Shown: positions 37,897 through 47,950 of the stretch, one piece after another
How positions within the stretch are numbered: the stretch's first letter is position 1
Layout: each line of letters opens with the position of its first letter
Source of the DNA: Candidatus Moraniibacteriota bacterium
GTDB taxonomy: Bacteria > Patescibacteriota > Minisyncoccia > Moranbacterales > UBA1568
Direction: 5' to 3'
NCBI GenBank assembly: GCA_016699875.1
Contig: CP064989.1
Coordinates: 252,326 to 316,325, forward strand
DNA: 64,000 bases
Program-made: the position numbers and the translations under genes
The notes under the pieces: model-generated
Database searches by the model: none
What the model saw: the letters and a program-made list of their open reading frames with translations, nothing else
Told to the model about the DNA's origin: nothing

Positions 37897-39054
37897 ATGA
37901 TCCTCGCGATCGAAACTTCGTGTGATGAAACCGCAGCGGCAGTTGTCGAGAAGTCTGGCGACGCCGTGCGCGTACTCTCAAGTGTCGTCTCATCGCAGAT
38001 TGCGCTCCATGCACCATTCGGCGGCGTCGTTCCCAATCTTGCAGCACGCGAACATACGAAGAACATTGTCCCTGTCATTGAGTCAGCTCTCCGAGAAGCA
38101 TCCGCTTCTATGAAAGATATAGCGGCTATCGCCGTCACCGCAGGACCCGGACTCGCGCCCGCTCTTCAGATCGGCGTCACGGCAGCAAAGTCCCTTGCCT
38201 ATCTCTGGCGGAAACCTCTTCTTCCCATCCACCACATCGAGGGGCACATCTACGCAAATTTCATCAAAGAAGAACAGCCGGCAACCGGAAACCCACACAA
38301 TAGAAAGAGCTACCAAGAGTCAGAAGTCGGGAATGGGGAGTCAAAAAATTCCTTCCCTCTTCTTGCTCTGGTTGTATCCGGAGGACACACCGAACTCGTA
38401 TTCATGCGCGATCATTTCACCTATGACATTCTCGGTGAGACGGAAGATGATGCTGTCGGCGAAGCCTTCGACAAAGTCGCGAAGATGCTCGATCTTCCCT
38501 ACCCGGGCGGTCCCGAAATCGCCAAGAGAGCGGATGCATTCCGAAGAAGCGCCGCATTCTCATCGCACAATTCGGCAAATTTTTCTTTCCCGCGCCCAAT
38601 GAAGGAAAGTGGTGACTACCGATTCTCTTTTTCCGGACTCAAAACTGCGGTGCTCTACTTTCTGAAGAAACACGAGACACAAAAACAGATGGAGAACTTC
38701 ATCAATGCTGTCTGCTTCGAATTCCAAGAGTCCGCGCTCGATGTCCTCATCGAGAAAACTCGCCGCGCCCTCGCGGAATACCATCCTGAAACTGCCATCA
38801 TAGCAGGTGGCGTCTCAGCAAACATCGAGCTTCGCCACCGCATGGGCGAGATGATTGGGCACGATTTTCCAGATACGTGCTTCCTCATGCCACCTTTCAA
38901 ATATTCCCTCGACAACGCCGCGATGATCGGCGCGGCAGCAGTCTTCCGATGGGACTGCCTATCAGACACAGAAAAGAGCCGGACGACTACACTATGGAGA
39001 ACACTCCGAGCTGATCCCAACATGAAACTCTGCAGTATCGGCGTAAGATTATAG
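37897..39054 (+). CDS. tsaD: tRNA N6-adenosine threonylcarbamoyltransferase TsaD (Kae1/YgjD family)
   Basis: MILAIETSCDETAAAV, HIEGHI and GGVSAN. Confidence 0.85.
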   Translation: MILAIETSCDETAAAVVEKSGDAVRVLSSVVSSQIALHAPFGGVVPNLAAREHTKNIVPVIESALREASASMKDIAAIAVTAGPGLAPALQIGVTAAKSLAYLWRKPLLPIHHIEGHIYANFIKEEQPATGNPHNRKSYQESEVGNGESKNSFPLLALVVSGGHTELVFMRDHFTYDILGETEDDAVGEAFDKVAKMLDLPYPGGPEIAKRADAFRRSAAFSSHNSANFSFPRPMKESGDYRFSFSGLKTAVLYFLKKHETQKQMENFINAVCFEFQESALDVLIEKTRRALAEYHPETAIIAGGVSANIELRHRMGEMIGHDFPDTCFLMPPFKYSLDNAAMIGAAAVFRWDCLSDTEKSRTTTLWRTLRADPNMKLCSIGVRL

Positions 39055-39140
39055 GCAGCACATCTGCTATTACACCCTTTTAACGCCACATATATCTGCT
39101 ATCACCCTCCTTCCTGAAGACATTGCTAAAGGAAAAAGAA

Positions 39141-39176
39141 AGCAGCAACAACTATGCATTGCTGCTGCTTCTTTAT
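39141..39176. terminator. Bidirectional terminator between tsaD and the FN3 gene
   Basis: agcagcaa/ttgctgct stem followed by a T-tract. Confidence 0.45.
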
Positions 39177-39207
39177 TCCATCCAAAACGAAAGCTCGAGT
39201 TAAGGCA

Positions 39208-40077
39208 CTATCGGCTCTTCCCACCGGCATTTGACGTGGAAGCACTCGCCGTTGAAGAAAATCCGGACTCATTCCCGGCAGCATCCATCGCCTTGACCCG
39301 ATAACTATACGACGTCTTCGGCGAAAGGCCAGCATCAGAGAAAGCTGCAGTCGAACTCGTCGAAATCTCTGTCGTAGGAACACATTTCCGTCCGGAACAT
39401 CGGTATATCTTATATCCCATCACTCCAACATCGTCCGTTGAAGCCGTCCACGAAAGGGAAATTTCTGTTGCGGAAATCGTCGAACCAGAAAGATTCGTTG
39501 GAACCGATGGCGGCGTCGTATCATTTTCAGAAACAACGTCAAGTGTCTTTACGGACACTTCGCTCGATTGAGCACTTTCCAATCCCAACGTCCCCGCTGC
39601 TGACACCGTATATGCATAAGAAGTATTTGCACTCAACGATTTATCGGCATATGACGTCCCGGAAGAAACCTCTGCGACATTTTTCCCATCTCGATACACC
39701 ACATACTTCACAATTTCCATATCCGTATTTGCCGCCCACGAGAGGTCGATCTCGGATGTAGATACCGGAACAGCCGAAAGTCCTGTCGGCGCCACAGGCG
39801 TGTAGATCGACGTAGGTGGTGGTGGCGGAGGTGGCGGAAGCGGCAATCCGGAAGCTGCCGATCTATTTTGCGCATTCCGACTCATCACCAGAACAACCCC
39901 AACAACACTGCCCGCGACAAACGCAAATACCGTCATAAACTGCATAAACCGCTTCCCAGAGGAGAACGGCCACAATGCCCATTTCGATAAAGCACTAAAA
40001 GAGGTGGTCGCCGCACGATCAATAGACCTCTCCGACGATTCCGCATTTGATTCGAAGCCGCTCTTCGAAGAATCCAT
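39208..40077 (-). CDS. Membrane-anchored protein with two fibronectin type III domains and a poly-Pro linker
   Basis: TM helix, PPPPPPPP, then two approximately 90-aa repeats ending YRVKAMDAAGNES and YAYTVSAAGTLGLES (FN3-like). Confidence 0.55.
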   Translation of the reverse strand: MDSSKSGFESNAESSERSIDRAATTSFSALSKWALWPFSSGKRFMQFMTVFAFVAGSVVGVVLVMSRNAQNRSAASGLPLPPPPPPPPTSIYTPVAPTGLSAVPVSTSEIDLSWAANTDMEIVKYVVYRDGKNVAEVSSGTSYADKSLSANTSYAYTVSAAGTLGLESAQSSEVSVKTLDVVSENDTTPPSVPTNLSGSTISATEISLSWTASTDDVGVMGYKIYRCSGRKCVPTTEISTSSTAAFSDAGLSPKTSYSYRVKAMDAAGNESGFSSTASASTSNAGGKSR

Positions 40078-40262
40078 AAATTAAGAAATAGATAAGAATT
40101 GCATACGTTTACACCGAGAAGTATAGCACAAAGAGAGCGCTTCAAGAGAAGAATCCATGCGCAAGCACTGTGCCAGAGTGCCTGCAGCACCTCAACCACG
40201 AAGGCATTGCAAATCAGATACTACCTTGAAATATGCCCCCTTCAATGATACTATTTTCCCAT

Positions 40263-43019
40263 ATGAAACAGGAAATACCCAAGACCTACGAGCCGAGAGA
40301 CTACGAAGATACCGTCTATCAGACCTGGGAAAAGAGCGGTTTTTTCAATCCGGATACCTGCATCGAAAAAGAGGTGACACCTCCCGATGCGACGCCATTC
40401 TCTATTGTCCTTCCGCCGCCCAATGTAACCGGCACGCTTCATCTGGGGCACGCCGCTATGCTCGCGATTGAGGATATTATGGTGCGCTACCATCGAATGC
40501 GGGGCGATCGGACGCTGTGGCTCCCCGGTACCGATCATGCCGCCATCGCAACCCAAGAGAAAGTCGAGCGCATACTCTGGAACGAGGAGCAGAAAACCCG
40601 CCATGATCTCGGGCGCGAAGTTTTCCTCGACCGTGTCAGGAAATTCGCGCAAGATTCTCACGACACGATCGTCAATCAATGCAAAAAAATGGGCGCTTCG
40701 CTCGATTGGAGTCGAGAAGCCTACACACTTGATGAGGCACGGAATCGCGCCGTAAACGAAGCTTTCCGCAGGATGTTTGAAGACGGCATCATCTATCGCG
40801 GTCCGCGCATCGTCAACTGGGATCCGAAATTTCAAACCACCGTGTCCGATGACGAAGTAGACCGGCGCGAAGAGAAAGCGCCGTTCTATTACTTACAGTA
40901 CGGTCCCTTTGTAATCGGCACCGCTCGTCCCGAAACAAAATTCGGCGACAAATACGTTGTCGTGCATCCGGATGACGAACGCTATGCCGCCTACCAACAT
41001 GGACAAAAAATAGAAAATATCGAATGGATAAACGGCACTATCACCGCCACCCTCATCAAAGACGAAGCAATCGACATGAATTTCGGTACCGGCGCCATGA
41101 CAATAACGCCATGGCACGACGCGACCGACTTCGATATCGCCGAGCGACACAACCTCGAGAAGGAACAAGTTATCGGCTATGACGGCAAACTCCTCGATAT
41201 TGCCGGCGAATTTGCCGGTATGGATATTTCCGAAGCACGGACGAAGATCGTTGAGAAACTCCGAGCAAAGGGACTCGTCACGAAAACAGACGAAAACTAC
41301 ATTCACAATGTCGCTATAAACAGTCGCGGCGGAGGTATTATCGAGCCGCAAATCAAAGAACAGTGGTTCATCGACGTCAATAAGGAATTCAACCGTAACG
41401 GAAAAAGCACAACGCTCAAATCCCTCATGCAAAATGCCGTCCGCTCCGGCGACGTAAATATCATTCCCGAACGCTTCAAGAAGACCTACTTCCACTGGAT
41501 CGATCACCTGCGCGACTGGTGCATCTCCCGCCAAATCTGGTACGGCCACCGGATTCCGGTGTGGTATCACGATACTTGCCAAGCATGTGATGACTACGGA
41601 AAAAACTTTTTCTACAGACCAGCTTTTATCGGAGAAGAAATCTCCCGAGGAAAAAACGATCTTTTTTGGTGTCCAAACTGCGGCAATGGTTACGAATCAA
41701 AGGATCATTTTTCACAAGACCCTGATACGCTCGACACCTGGTTTTCATCCGGACTCTGGACATTTTCGACGCTCGGGTGGGGTTCGGATGAAAAGAAGTG
41801 GGAGCAAGAAAAAATCTATCATCCGACATCTGTCCTCGAAACCGGTTGCGATATCCTTTTCTTTTGGGTGGCGCGCATGATACTCATGTCCGAGTACCTT
41901 CTTGGCGAAGCGCCTTTCAAAACAGCCTATCTTCATGGACTTGTAAAGGATGAGCAAGGTCGGAAAATGTCGAAATCAATCGGAAATGTTATCAATCCGC
42001 TTGATGTCTCGGCAAAGTATGGTACCGATGCTGTGCGACTCTCCCTCGTGATCGGCGGGACACCAGGAAACGACATTCGCCTCGGCGAAGAAAGAATCGC
42101 CAGCTTCCGAAACTTCGCCAATAAACTCTGGAATATCGGGCGTTATGTCCTGCAACAAGAAGCAGACAATAAAAAGCCGACACCAACTACAAATGCGGAA
42201 AACGGAAGATTGAAAATAGAAGGCAAATCAGATGCCGATCACTGGATTCTTTTCCAACTCGATAAAACCGTTCGAGAGGTAACCCGACTCATTGAGAAAT
42301 ACCAGTTTTCGCTCGCCGGAGAGACACTTCGCGATTTCACCTGGAATGAATTTGCCGACTGGTATGTGGAAATTCACAAAGTGGAAAAGAATAACGAGAT
42401 ACTCCGATATGTTTTCGAAACACTTTTGAAACTCTGGCATCCGTTCATGCCATTCGTTACTGAAACACTCTGGGAAAATTTTGAAAAAGATTCCCTGCTC
42501 ATGATCGCTCGCTGGCCGGAAGCTCGCGACGAATCACCCGAACTCAAAAAGCAGAGCCGTGCATTCTCGCATATCATTGATATCATTACTGCCATTCGGA
42601 ATTCCCGATCCGAAAACCGCATTCCTCCGAAACAATCCGTCGACGTTATCATCACCGGCAAACGCGGGATATTCCTGCAGCGAAATAGACATATCATAGA
42701 GCAGTGCGCCCGTGTCAATTCGATTGATTTCAACAAAGAAGCGCCGAAGCTACGGGCGCACACAGTACAAATGATGGTTGGCGAAACCCATATATCAATG
42801 GTTTTTGAAACGCACGTTGACCTCAAAAAGGAGAAAGAGCGTCTCGAAAAAGAATTGACGCAGATCGAAAGATATATCAAGAATACCGATACCCGTCTCA
42901 AGAACGAATCTTTTCTCGAAAAAGCGCCGGCGGAACTCATTGAAAATACTCGGGCACAACTCCGAGAACAGGAACAGAGGCGAGTTGATATACAATCCGC
43001 CCTTAAAGACCTTCTATGA
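40263..43019 (+). CDS. valS: Valine--tRNA ligase
   Basis: PPPNVTGTLHLGHA (HIGH motif), RKMSKSIGN (KMSKS motif), and a C-terminal coiled coil. Confidence 0.9.
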   Translation: MKQEIPKTYEPRDYEDTVYQTWEKSGFFNPDTCIEKEVTPPDATPFSIVLPPPNVTGTLHLGHAAMLAIEDIMVRYHRMRGDRTLWLPGTDHAAIATQEKVERILWNEEQKTRHDLGREVFLDRVRKFAQDSHDTIVNQCKKMGASLDWSREAYTLDEARNRAVNEAFRRMFEDGIIYRGPRIVNWDPKFQTTVSDDEVDRREEKAPFYYLQYGPFVIGTARPETKFGDKYVVVHPDDERYAAYQHGQKIENIEWINGTITATLIKDEAIDMNFGTGAMTITPWHDATDFDIAERHNLEKEQVIGYDGKLLDIAGEFAGMDISEARTKIVEKLRAKGLVTKTDENYIHNVAINSRGGGIIEPQIKEQWFIDVNKEFNRNGKSTTLKSLMQNAVRSGDVNIIPERFKKTYFHWIDHLRDWCISRQIWYGHRIPVWYHDTCQACDDYGKNFFYRPAFIGEEISRGKNDLFWCPNCGNGYESKDHFSQDPDTLDTWFSSGLWTFSTLGWGSDEKKWEQEKIYHPTSVLETGCDILFFWVARMILMSEYLLGEAPFKTAYLHGLVKDEQGRKMSKSIGNVINPLDVSAKYGTDAVRLSLVIGGTPGNDIRLGEERIASFRNFANKLWNIGRYVLQQEADNKKPTPTTNAENGRLKIEGKSDADHWILFQLDKTVREVTRLIEKYQFSLAGETLRDFTWNEFADWYVEIHKVEKNNEILRYVFETLLKLWHPFMPFVTETLWENFEKDSLLMIARWPEARDESPELKKQSRAFSHIIDIITAIRNSRSENRIPPKQSVDVIITGKRGIFLQRNRHIIEQCARVNSIDFNKEAPKLRAHTVQMMVGETHISMVFETHVDLKKEKERLEKELTQIERYIKNTDTRLKNESFLEKAPAELIENTRAQLREQEQRRVDIQSALKDLL

Positions 43020-43522
43020 TTTACGCCTTGGTCCGCGGATGGCTCGCCGGTATGGCTGTTCTCCTCATCGAAATTCTACTGAGCACGTTTTTTCTCGCCC
43101 CGAATTTCACTTCCCCTCTCTCAAACACATTCGCACCGGAACCACTCTCGCTTGCTCTCATTGCATTCCTCGAAGAGAGCCTGAAGTGTCTTTCGCTTCG
43201 CGGCATTGCACGTGAGACGATGCCGTTTTTCCGAAATGCGATATTCAAAGGCTTGCTGGTCGGCTTCGGTTTCGCCCTCTTTGAAACATGTATCAAGATA
43301 CTCTTCTCCGCAGACAACGCCACCAGTAGCTCGCTCGTATTTGGCACTATCAGCAGTACGTTGCTCCACATCGTAACCGGAGGCATACTCGGTGCCGCCT
43401 GGTTCTCCCATGTCAGGAACCGCCCAGTCAGCATCTTCCTCATTCTCTTTCTTTTTGCATGTATCATCCACGCCATGTATAACATACTCCTCGCGCCCAT
43501 ACTCTTTGGACAGTTCTCCTAG
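43016..43522 (+). CDS. PrsW-like intramembrane protease-family membrane protein
   Basis: Multi-TM protein with EExxK (FLEESLK), FxxxE (FALFE) and HxxxN (HAMYN) motifs. Overlaps the valS stop (ATGA). Confidence 0.45.
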   Translation: MIYALVRGWLAGMAVLLIEILLSTFFLAPNFTSPLSNTFAPEPLSLALIAFLEESLKCLSLRGIARETMPFFRNAIFKGLLVGFGFALFETCIKILFSADNATSSSLVFGTISSTLLHIVTGGILGAAWFSHVRNRPVSIFLILFLFACIIHAMYNILLAPILFGQFS

Positions 43523-43546
43523 TCCTTCAGCACGCTCATTCCCTTC

Positions 43547-43575
43547 TTGCGAATTTTCCCGATTTCGATATACTA
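43547..43575 (+). promoter_or_regulatory. Candidate sigma70-type promoter of the second hsp20 gene
   Basis: TTGCGA-16-TATACT about 45 nt upstream of the ATG. Confidence 0.3.
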
Positions 43576-43618
43576 TACGTATTGTGTCCCATTGATAATT
43601 CCGATCGAAAATAAATCT

Positions 43619-44173
43619 ATGACAAAAACAAAACAGTCTTTCTTCGAACGACTCACCGGGGCACGCTCCGTCGGCGAGCCAACGTCTCAAGTTCCTGTTT
43701 TTGAAGAGTCAACAGAGGAGTTCGTCGAAACCTACGGCGCACCCGAGACTCCACATATGGCACACGCGGCTATCCCGGAAGAATCCCGCTGGGAAAATCC
43801 CGCAATGGGAGGTCAGAACGATACTATCGCGCAAGACGATGCCGAGGGACAGCTCACCATCGATGTCTACCAGACGGATGATGCCATCGTAATCAAGTCA
43901 ACCATTGCCGGTGTCAAACCCGAAGATCTTGATGTTGCTATCAATAACGACATGGTAACCATCAAGGGCGAACGAAAAAACGAAGAAAGCGTGCCCGATG
44001 GAAACTACTACTACCAAGAATGCTATTGGGGTCCTTTTTCCCGATCCATTCTTCTCCCGGTAGACATTGTGTCCGACAAAGCAGAGGCATCACTCAAGAA
44101 CGGCATACTTTCAATTCGCCTCCCGAAAGCCGACACGACAAGAATCAAGCGAATTCAAGTACGAGGGTTCTAG
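43619..44173 (+). CDS. Hsp20/alpha-crystallin-family small heat-shock protein (second copy)
   Basis: Alpha-crystallin domain (GQLTIDVYQTDDAIVIKSTIAGVKPEDLDVAINNDMVTIKGER...GILSIRLPK). Confidence 0.75.
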   Translation: MTKTKQSFFERLTGARSVGEPTSQVPVFEESTEEFVETYGAPETPHMAHAAIPEESRWENPAMGGQNDTIAQDDAEGQLTIDVYQTDDAIVIKSTIAGVKPEDLDVAINNDMVTIKGERKNEESVPDGNYYYQECYWGPFSRSILLPVDIVSDKAEASLKNGILSIRLPKADTTRIKRIQVRGF

Positions 44174-44201
44174 TGCTTTCTCCGATATTGAACCCCGAAG
44201 G

Positions 44202-44233
44202 CCCGGCTTGTTTTTTGGCAAGCCGGGTTTCTC
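44202..44233 (+). terminator. Intrinsic terminator after hsp20
   Basis: 9-bp stem cccggcttg/caagccggg followed by a T-run. Confidence 0.5.
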
Positions 44234-44256
44234 TGCCCGACAAAGATTCGCCAGTT

Positions 44257-45555
44257 ATGTCCATAAGAATACTGTCACTGTCATACATATTCCTACTCTG
44301 TTTCGGAGGAGTTCTTTTTTTGCAACCGAAGAATGCGAGTGCTGAGACAACCTCTCTCATTCCGATCCCTGAATCACTCTTGATCTCTTGGGGAAATAAC
44401 GAGAGAGCCGTCTCCCGCGACACAATTGACTCATGGGTAAGTCCAATAAATTCGCTTCAATTTCAACCGGGAATAACGACTGAAGTTATATCTCCGACAC
44501 GCTGCCCATGGGATGCGTTCTTTTGCGATTTCTTTCTCACAGAGCAACAGAGATTCTCCGTTCGCTCCAAAACAACATTTATTCTCAATGACGAATCGAT
44601 CCGTCAATTCTTGGAACAACTGCAATCGGAAACTCGCGACAATCCAATCGACGCTGTTTTCACGGTTAGAGAAAACAATACCGTTTCCGCTTTTGCTCCG
44701 AGCCGAGATGGATCCGAAATTGATGTCGAGACCGGCACACAATCAATACGGAACGCGCTCGCCACATCTCACAGCGAATCGGCGTTAGTCACCATACCAA
44801 TGGTCACCCTTTCACCAAAAATCACCTCGACCGATGCCGATCGTCTTGGTATCACACAATTCCTCGGCGAAGGACGGACGAGTTTTGCCGGATCACCAAA
44901 AAATCGCATTTTCAACATTAAGCGCGCCATGGAACAATTCCAGGGAGCTCTCATTGCGCCCGGAGAGGATTTCTCGTTCGTGAAACGCCTTGGCGAGGTC
45001 GATGGCGAACATGGGTATCTGCCCGAACTCGTCATCAAGCGAGGACAAACCACGCCGGAATTCGGCGGCGGCATCTGCCAAGTTTCAACAACACTCTTTC
45101 GTGCCGCACTCAATACCGGACAAAAAATCACCGAACGTCGCAACCATGCCTACCCGGTAAGCTACTACAAACCCTACGGCATGGACGCCACCATATACGT
45201 CCCCAAACCGGATTTCCGATTTATGAACAACACGCTGGGACACATCCTCCTCCAGGTTGCCATCGAGGGAAGCGAGCTCGTTTTCCGATTCTACGGCACG
45301 CCGGACGGACGAAGTGTTTCCATAGACGGCCCGCACATCCTCGAACGCTCCTCGGATGGCGCCATGAAAACCATCTTTACTCAAACCGTGCTTGCTGCCG
45401 ACGGATCAACTATGATCAATGATTCCTTCCGAAGCTCCTACGACTCTCCAAACAAATACCCGCACCCCGGCACAGAGACCTACACTGAAAAACCGAGAGA
45501 CTGGTCCGAAAAACAATGGGTCACCTATGTCAAAACAGGCACACTCCCGCGTTGA
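44257..45555 (+). CDS. VanW-like family secreted protein
   Basis: Signal/TM N-terminus and the GGGICQVSTTLF VanW core. The listed ORF begins at 44020, overlapping hsp20; I set the start at MSIRIL. Confidence 0.6.
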   Translation: MSIRILSLSYIFLLCFGGVLFLQPKNASAETTSLIPIPESLLISWGNNERAVSRDTIDSWVSPINSLQFQPGITTEVISPTRCPWDAFFCDFFLTEQQRFSVRSKTTFILNDESIRQFLEQLQSETRDNPIDAVFTVRENNTVSAFAPSRDGSEIDVETGTQSIRNALATSHSESALVTIPMVTLSPKITSTDADRLGITQFLGEGRTSFAGSPKNRIFNIKRAMEQFQGALIAPGEDFSFVKRLGEVDGEHGYLPELVIKRGQTTPEFGGGICQVSTTLFRAALNTGQKITERRNHAYPVSYYKPYGMDATIYVPKPDFRFMNNTLGHILLQVAIEGSELVFRFYGTPDGRSVSIDGPHILERSSDGAMKTIFTQTVLAADGSTMINDSFRSSYDSPNKYPHPGTETYTEKPRDWSEKQWVTYVKTGTLPR

Positions 45556-45628
45556 CGAAGCGCCCACACTTTGCTAGGATTCCAATACTTCTCCTGCGAG
45601 GAGAAGGTGTTGTTTGCGGACACAGAAT

Positions 45629-45701
45629 GCGCGCATAGCTCAGCTGGTAGAGCAGTTGGCTCTTAACCAAACGGTCGGGGGTTCGAATCCCTCTGCGCGC
45701 A
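45629..45701 (+). tRNA. tRNA-Lys (anticodon CUU)
   Basis: Hand-folded: acceptor gcgcgca/tgcgcgc, D-arm gctc-agctggta-gagc, loop ctCTTaa, T-arm ggggg-ttcgaat-ccctc. There is a G27-A43 mismatch. Confidence 0.6.
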
Positions 45702-45746
45702 CATAAACACAAGTGGCATAGGCCCCGATAGCCTACTAGCGTCCCT

Positions 45747-45818
45747 GCCCCTGTAGCTCAATGGATAGAGCATGGGACTTCTAAGCCTGTGATGTAGGTT
45801 CGATTCCTACCGGGGGCA
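45747..45818 (+). tRNA. tRNA-Arg (anticodon UCU), anticodon stem poorly paired
   Basis: Acceptor, D-arm and T-arm (gtagg-ttcgatt-cctac) are canonical. The loop is ctTCTaa, but the flanking 5-mers tggga/gcctg pair weakly. Confidence 0.45.
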
Positions 45819-45856
45819 CAAAGAAACAAAAAATACCCTCCGGAAGTCTTCGGCGG

Positions 45857-45931
45857 GGTGACTATCGTTCAATGGTAGGACAGTGGTTTGTGGAACCATC
45901 AACGAGGGTTCGATTCCCTCTAGTCACCCCA
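45857..45931 (+). tRNA. tRNA-His (anticodon GUG) with an encoded G-1 and 3' CCA
   Basis: Acceptor gtgacta/tagtcac, discriminator C, CCA present, extra 5' G, anticodon stem gtggt/accat, loop ttGTGga. Confidence 0.65.
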
Positions 45932-46003
45932 GCGAAGATTTCTTTCTCTCCAACAAAAAGACAGTCTTCGTAGGGCTGTTTTTTTTGTTTCTCGCTTTTG
46001 AAA

Positions 46004-46717
46004 TCAGAATCGTGTTTTCTTCAAAAAATACTGTCGTTTCTCAGGAGGGAATTTCTCGATCGAATAGCGAAGCATCGTCCGCGGCATGCGATCCGCATAT
46101 TGCTCAAGAAATCGAGTTAGCACTGTTTCGTCCCGCTTTCCTACTTCGCGAAGCATCCATCCGGTAGCTTTGTGCATCAAATCATGCTCATCATGAATGA
46201 AAATTGTCGCAAGAGAAAATGTATCGCGGAAATCCCCATTGCGTATAAATCGAAACGTTGCAAGAATCGCCATCCGCCGCTCCCAAAGATTCTCCGAATG
46301 AGCCCAGGCAAAAAGAATCTTTCGATCTTTACCGTGAGACAAAAAATCCCCGACAATATTCGGCGTCGTCACATCTACCAAATCCCAATTGTTCACCGCC
46401 GATCGATGCGTGATGTAGAAGTCAAAAACCTCTCGCCGCTCTACCTCATTACTTGCCTTTTCATACCGAAGCACGAGCATCAAGAGTCCGATCATCCGCT
46501 CTTCGTGCCACGAACTTTCCAAAAGTTTCTCGATATCCGGATACCCGAGATCCCGATATGCCTTCACGAGTGCCCGTTGATCCATCATTGTCAGCCCAAG
46601 AAATCGATCCCCCTCACCGTATTCACCCTTCCCTGTCTTGAAAAACCGCGCATTCACCCGTGCCCGATCTTTCGAACCACATTCCCGAATATCTCGCTTC
46701 AAATCCAAAAGTTTCAT
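46004..46717 (-). CDS. DNA alkylation repair protein (AlkD/AlkC-like HEAT-repeat glycosylase family)
   Basis: Overall similarity to the DNA_alkylation family (WDLVD, HEAT-like helical repeats). Confidence 0.6.
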   Translation of the reverse strand: MKLLDLKRDIRECGSKDRARVNARFFKTGKGEYGEGDRFLGLTMMDQRALVKAYRDLGYPDIEKLLESSWHEERMIGLLMLVLRYEKASNEVERREVFDFYITHRSAVNNWDLVDVTTPNIVGDFLSHGKDRKILFAWAHSENLWERRMAILATFRFIRNGDFRDTFSLATIFIHDEHDLMHKATGWMLREVGKRDETVLTRFLEQYADRMPRTMLRYSIEKFPPEKRQYFLKKTRF

Positions 46718-46731
46718 AAACGTGACTTCAT

Positions 46732-47310
46732 TTACGAAGCAAATGGATTTGGTCCATCAAAATCAAGACGCGGCGTTTGGTTGTTTATTTCATCAAGCGT
46801 TACGCCGTATTTACGCTGATATAGCGTTCCGACCGCACAGAAAAGCGCTTCGGAATAATTGAGTCCGAGTTCTTCTGAAACATGCTTCACCGATTCCTCC
46901 GAGTCGCCCTCCACTTCAATAAACGGCTCGAGAAATGGCCATTCATCTATGGTGATCTCCACTCCATCGAGCTTCCATAGTTCTCGCTTTGTCACCTGAT
47001 ATGATTTCTCTTTACAGCCAATCATACCCAGAAGCTCACAGGCGAACGAGAAGTCGTTCACCGAAAGACATATTTCTTTCTGATCGGTAATAGTATCACC
47101 ATCCACGGTCTTGAGACTCATGGTTATCTTGTTTCCCTCGTCGCGCACACGAAGCCACGCATTCTCTGATCGTTTTTCCTTTGGCAGGTGAAACGTCTTC
47201 CTTTTCTGTACATATTCCGGCCGCACCAAAAGAGCGCCCGACAATCTGAGCCGCTCACGAACATCATCCTTATCCACATCTGGAAATGTTGCTTCGTATT
47301 CAATGTTCAT
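46732..47310 (-). CDS. CYTH-like domain protein (class IV adenylate cyclase / triphosphatase superfamily)
   Basis: N-terminal IEYE(A)TF strand and a beta-barrel-like pattern of acidic residues. Low certainty. Confidence 0.35.
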   Translation of the reverse strand: MNIEYEATFPDVDKDDVRERLRLSGALLVRPEYVQKRKTFHLPKEKRSENAWLRVRDEGNKITMSLKTVDGDTITDQKEICLSVNDFSFACELLGMIGCKEKSYQVTKRELWKLDGVEITIDEWPFLEPFIEVEGDSEESVKHVSEELGLNYSEALFCAVGTLYQRKYGVTLDEINNQTPRLDFDGPNPFAS

Positions 47311-47353
47311 ACAGTAAAAATTCGCCCCCCTTCACCCCACTCCTTGCATAGCA

Positions 47354-47713
47354 TCATGTCCGAACTATTTCCGACCGGAAAAACTGTTCCTGGAAGTGTG
47401 TCGCCTTTCGAATTTCTTCGTCAGACATATCCTCGCTCGATTTCGGAACCACCACCAACTTGTCATCATCATCGTTCAGGCGGTGAATAATGGCAATACA
47501 TTTCCCCTTGAAAGATTCGATAGGTTTTTCAACACCGAGAACATAGGCATCCAATTCTTCCCCGTCGGGAGCTTTCGTATCGGGAATATATCCATAGTTC
47601 ACTTCATAGACAAAGCCATGCTTCGGATGTTTACTCCCGAACGGACGATCAATAACCGCCTCGACCTCTTTTCCGAGGTAGAGTTTGGCAGGTAAGAGAG
47701 GCGCTGATTTCAT
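47354..47713 (-). CDS. ppa: Inorganic pyrophosphatase-like protein (family I), N-terminally short
   Basis: NYGYIPDT...DGEELDAYVLG...DDKLVVVP parallels E. coli PPase NYGYINHT...DGDPVDVLVC...DAKLVAVP. Confidence 0.55.
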   Translation of the reverse strand: MKSAPLLPAKLYLGKEVEAVIDRPFGSKHPKHGFVYEVNYGYIPDTKAPDGEELDAYVLGVEKPIESFKGKCIAIIHRLNDDDDKLVVVPKSSEDMSDEEIRKATHFQEQFFRSEIVRT

Positions 47714-47768
47714 ATCAAGATACTACCATCAGTCTTTCACACAAGTAAAGCAAGAATCGAACAAGAAC

Positions 47769-47825
47769 ACGAAAAGCCCTTCGACAGAGTGCTCGAAAGG
47801 GCTTCGTGTTCGGACTGGCGGGGAC
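47769..47825. repeat. 57-bp direct repeat, copy 1 (duplicate of the tRNA-Asp 3' end plus its terminator hairpin)
   Basis: 57/57 identical to 48700-48756. Confidence 0.8.
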
Positions 47826-47950
47826 TGCGGGACGATTTTAGAACTATGGATTGGCACAATCTTTCGATTTAACTACAGCCAATACCTACCATTTGAGCGA
47901 GAATAGTATTTCCGACAGCATTGCTTATCCACGAGAAATTGAAGAGACAT

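Noticed and set aside
39840-39870. Run of ggtggtggcggaggtggcgga as a simple-sequence repeat element
   Set aside because: It encodes the PPPPPPPP linker of the FN3-domain protein on the minus strand. It is coding low complexity.
44020-44256. N-terminal extension of the VanW-like ORF overlapping the end of hsp20
   Set aside because: It would read through the hsp20 3' end and its terminator hairpin. The signal-peptide-like MSIRILSLSYIFLL begins at 44257.
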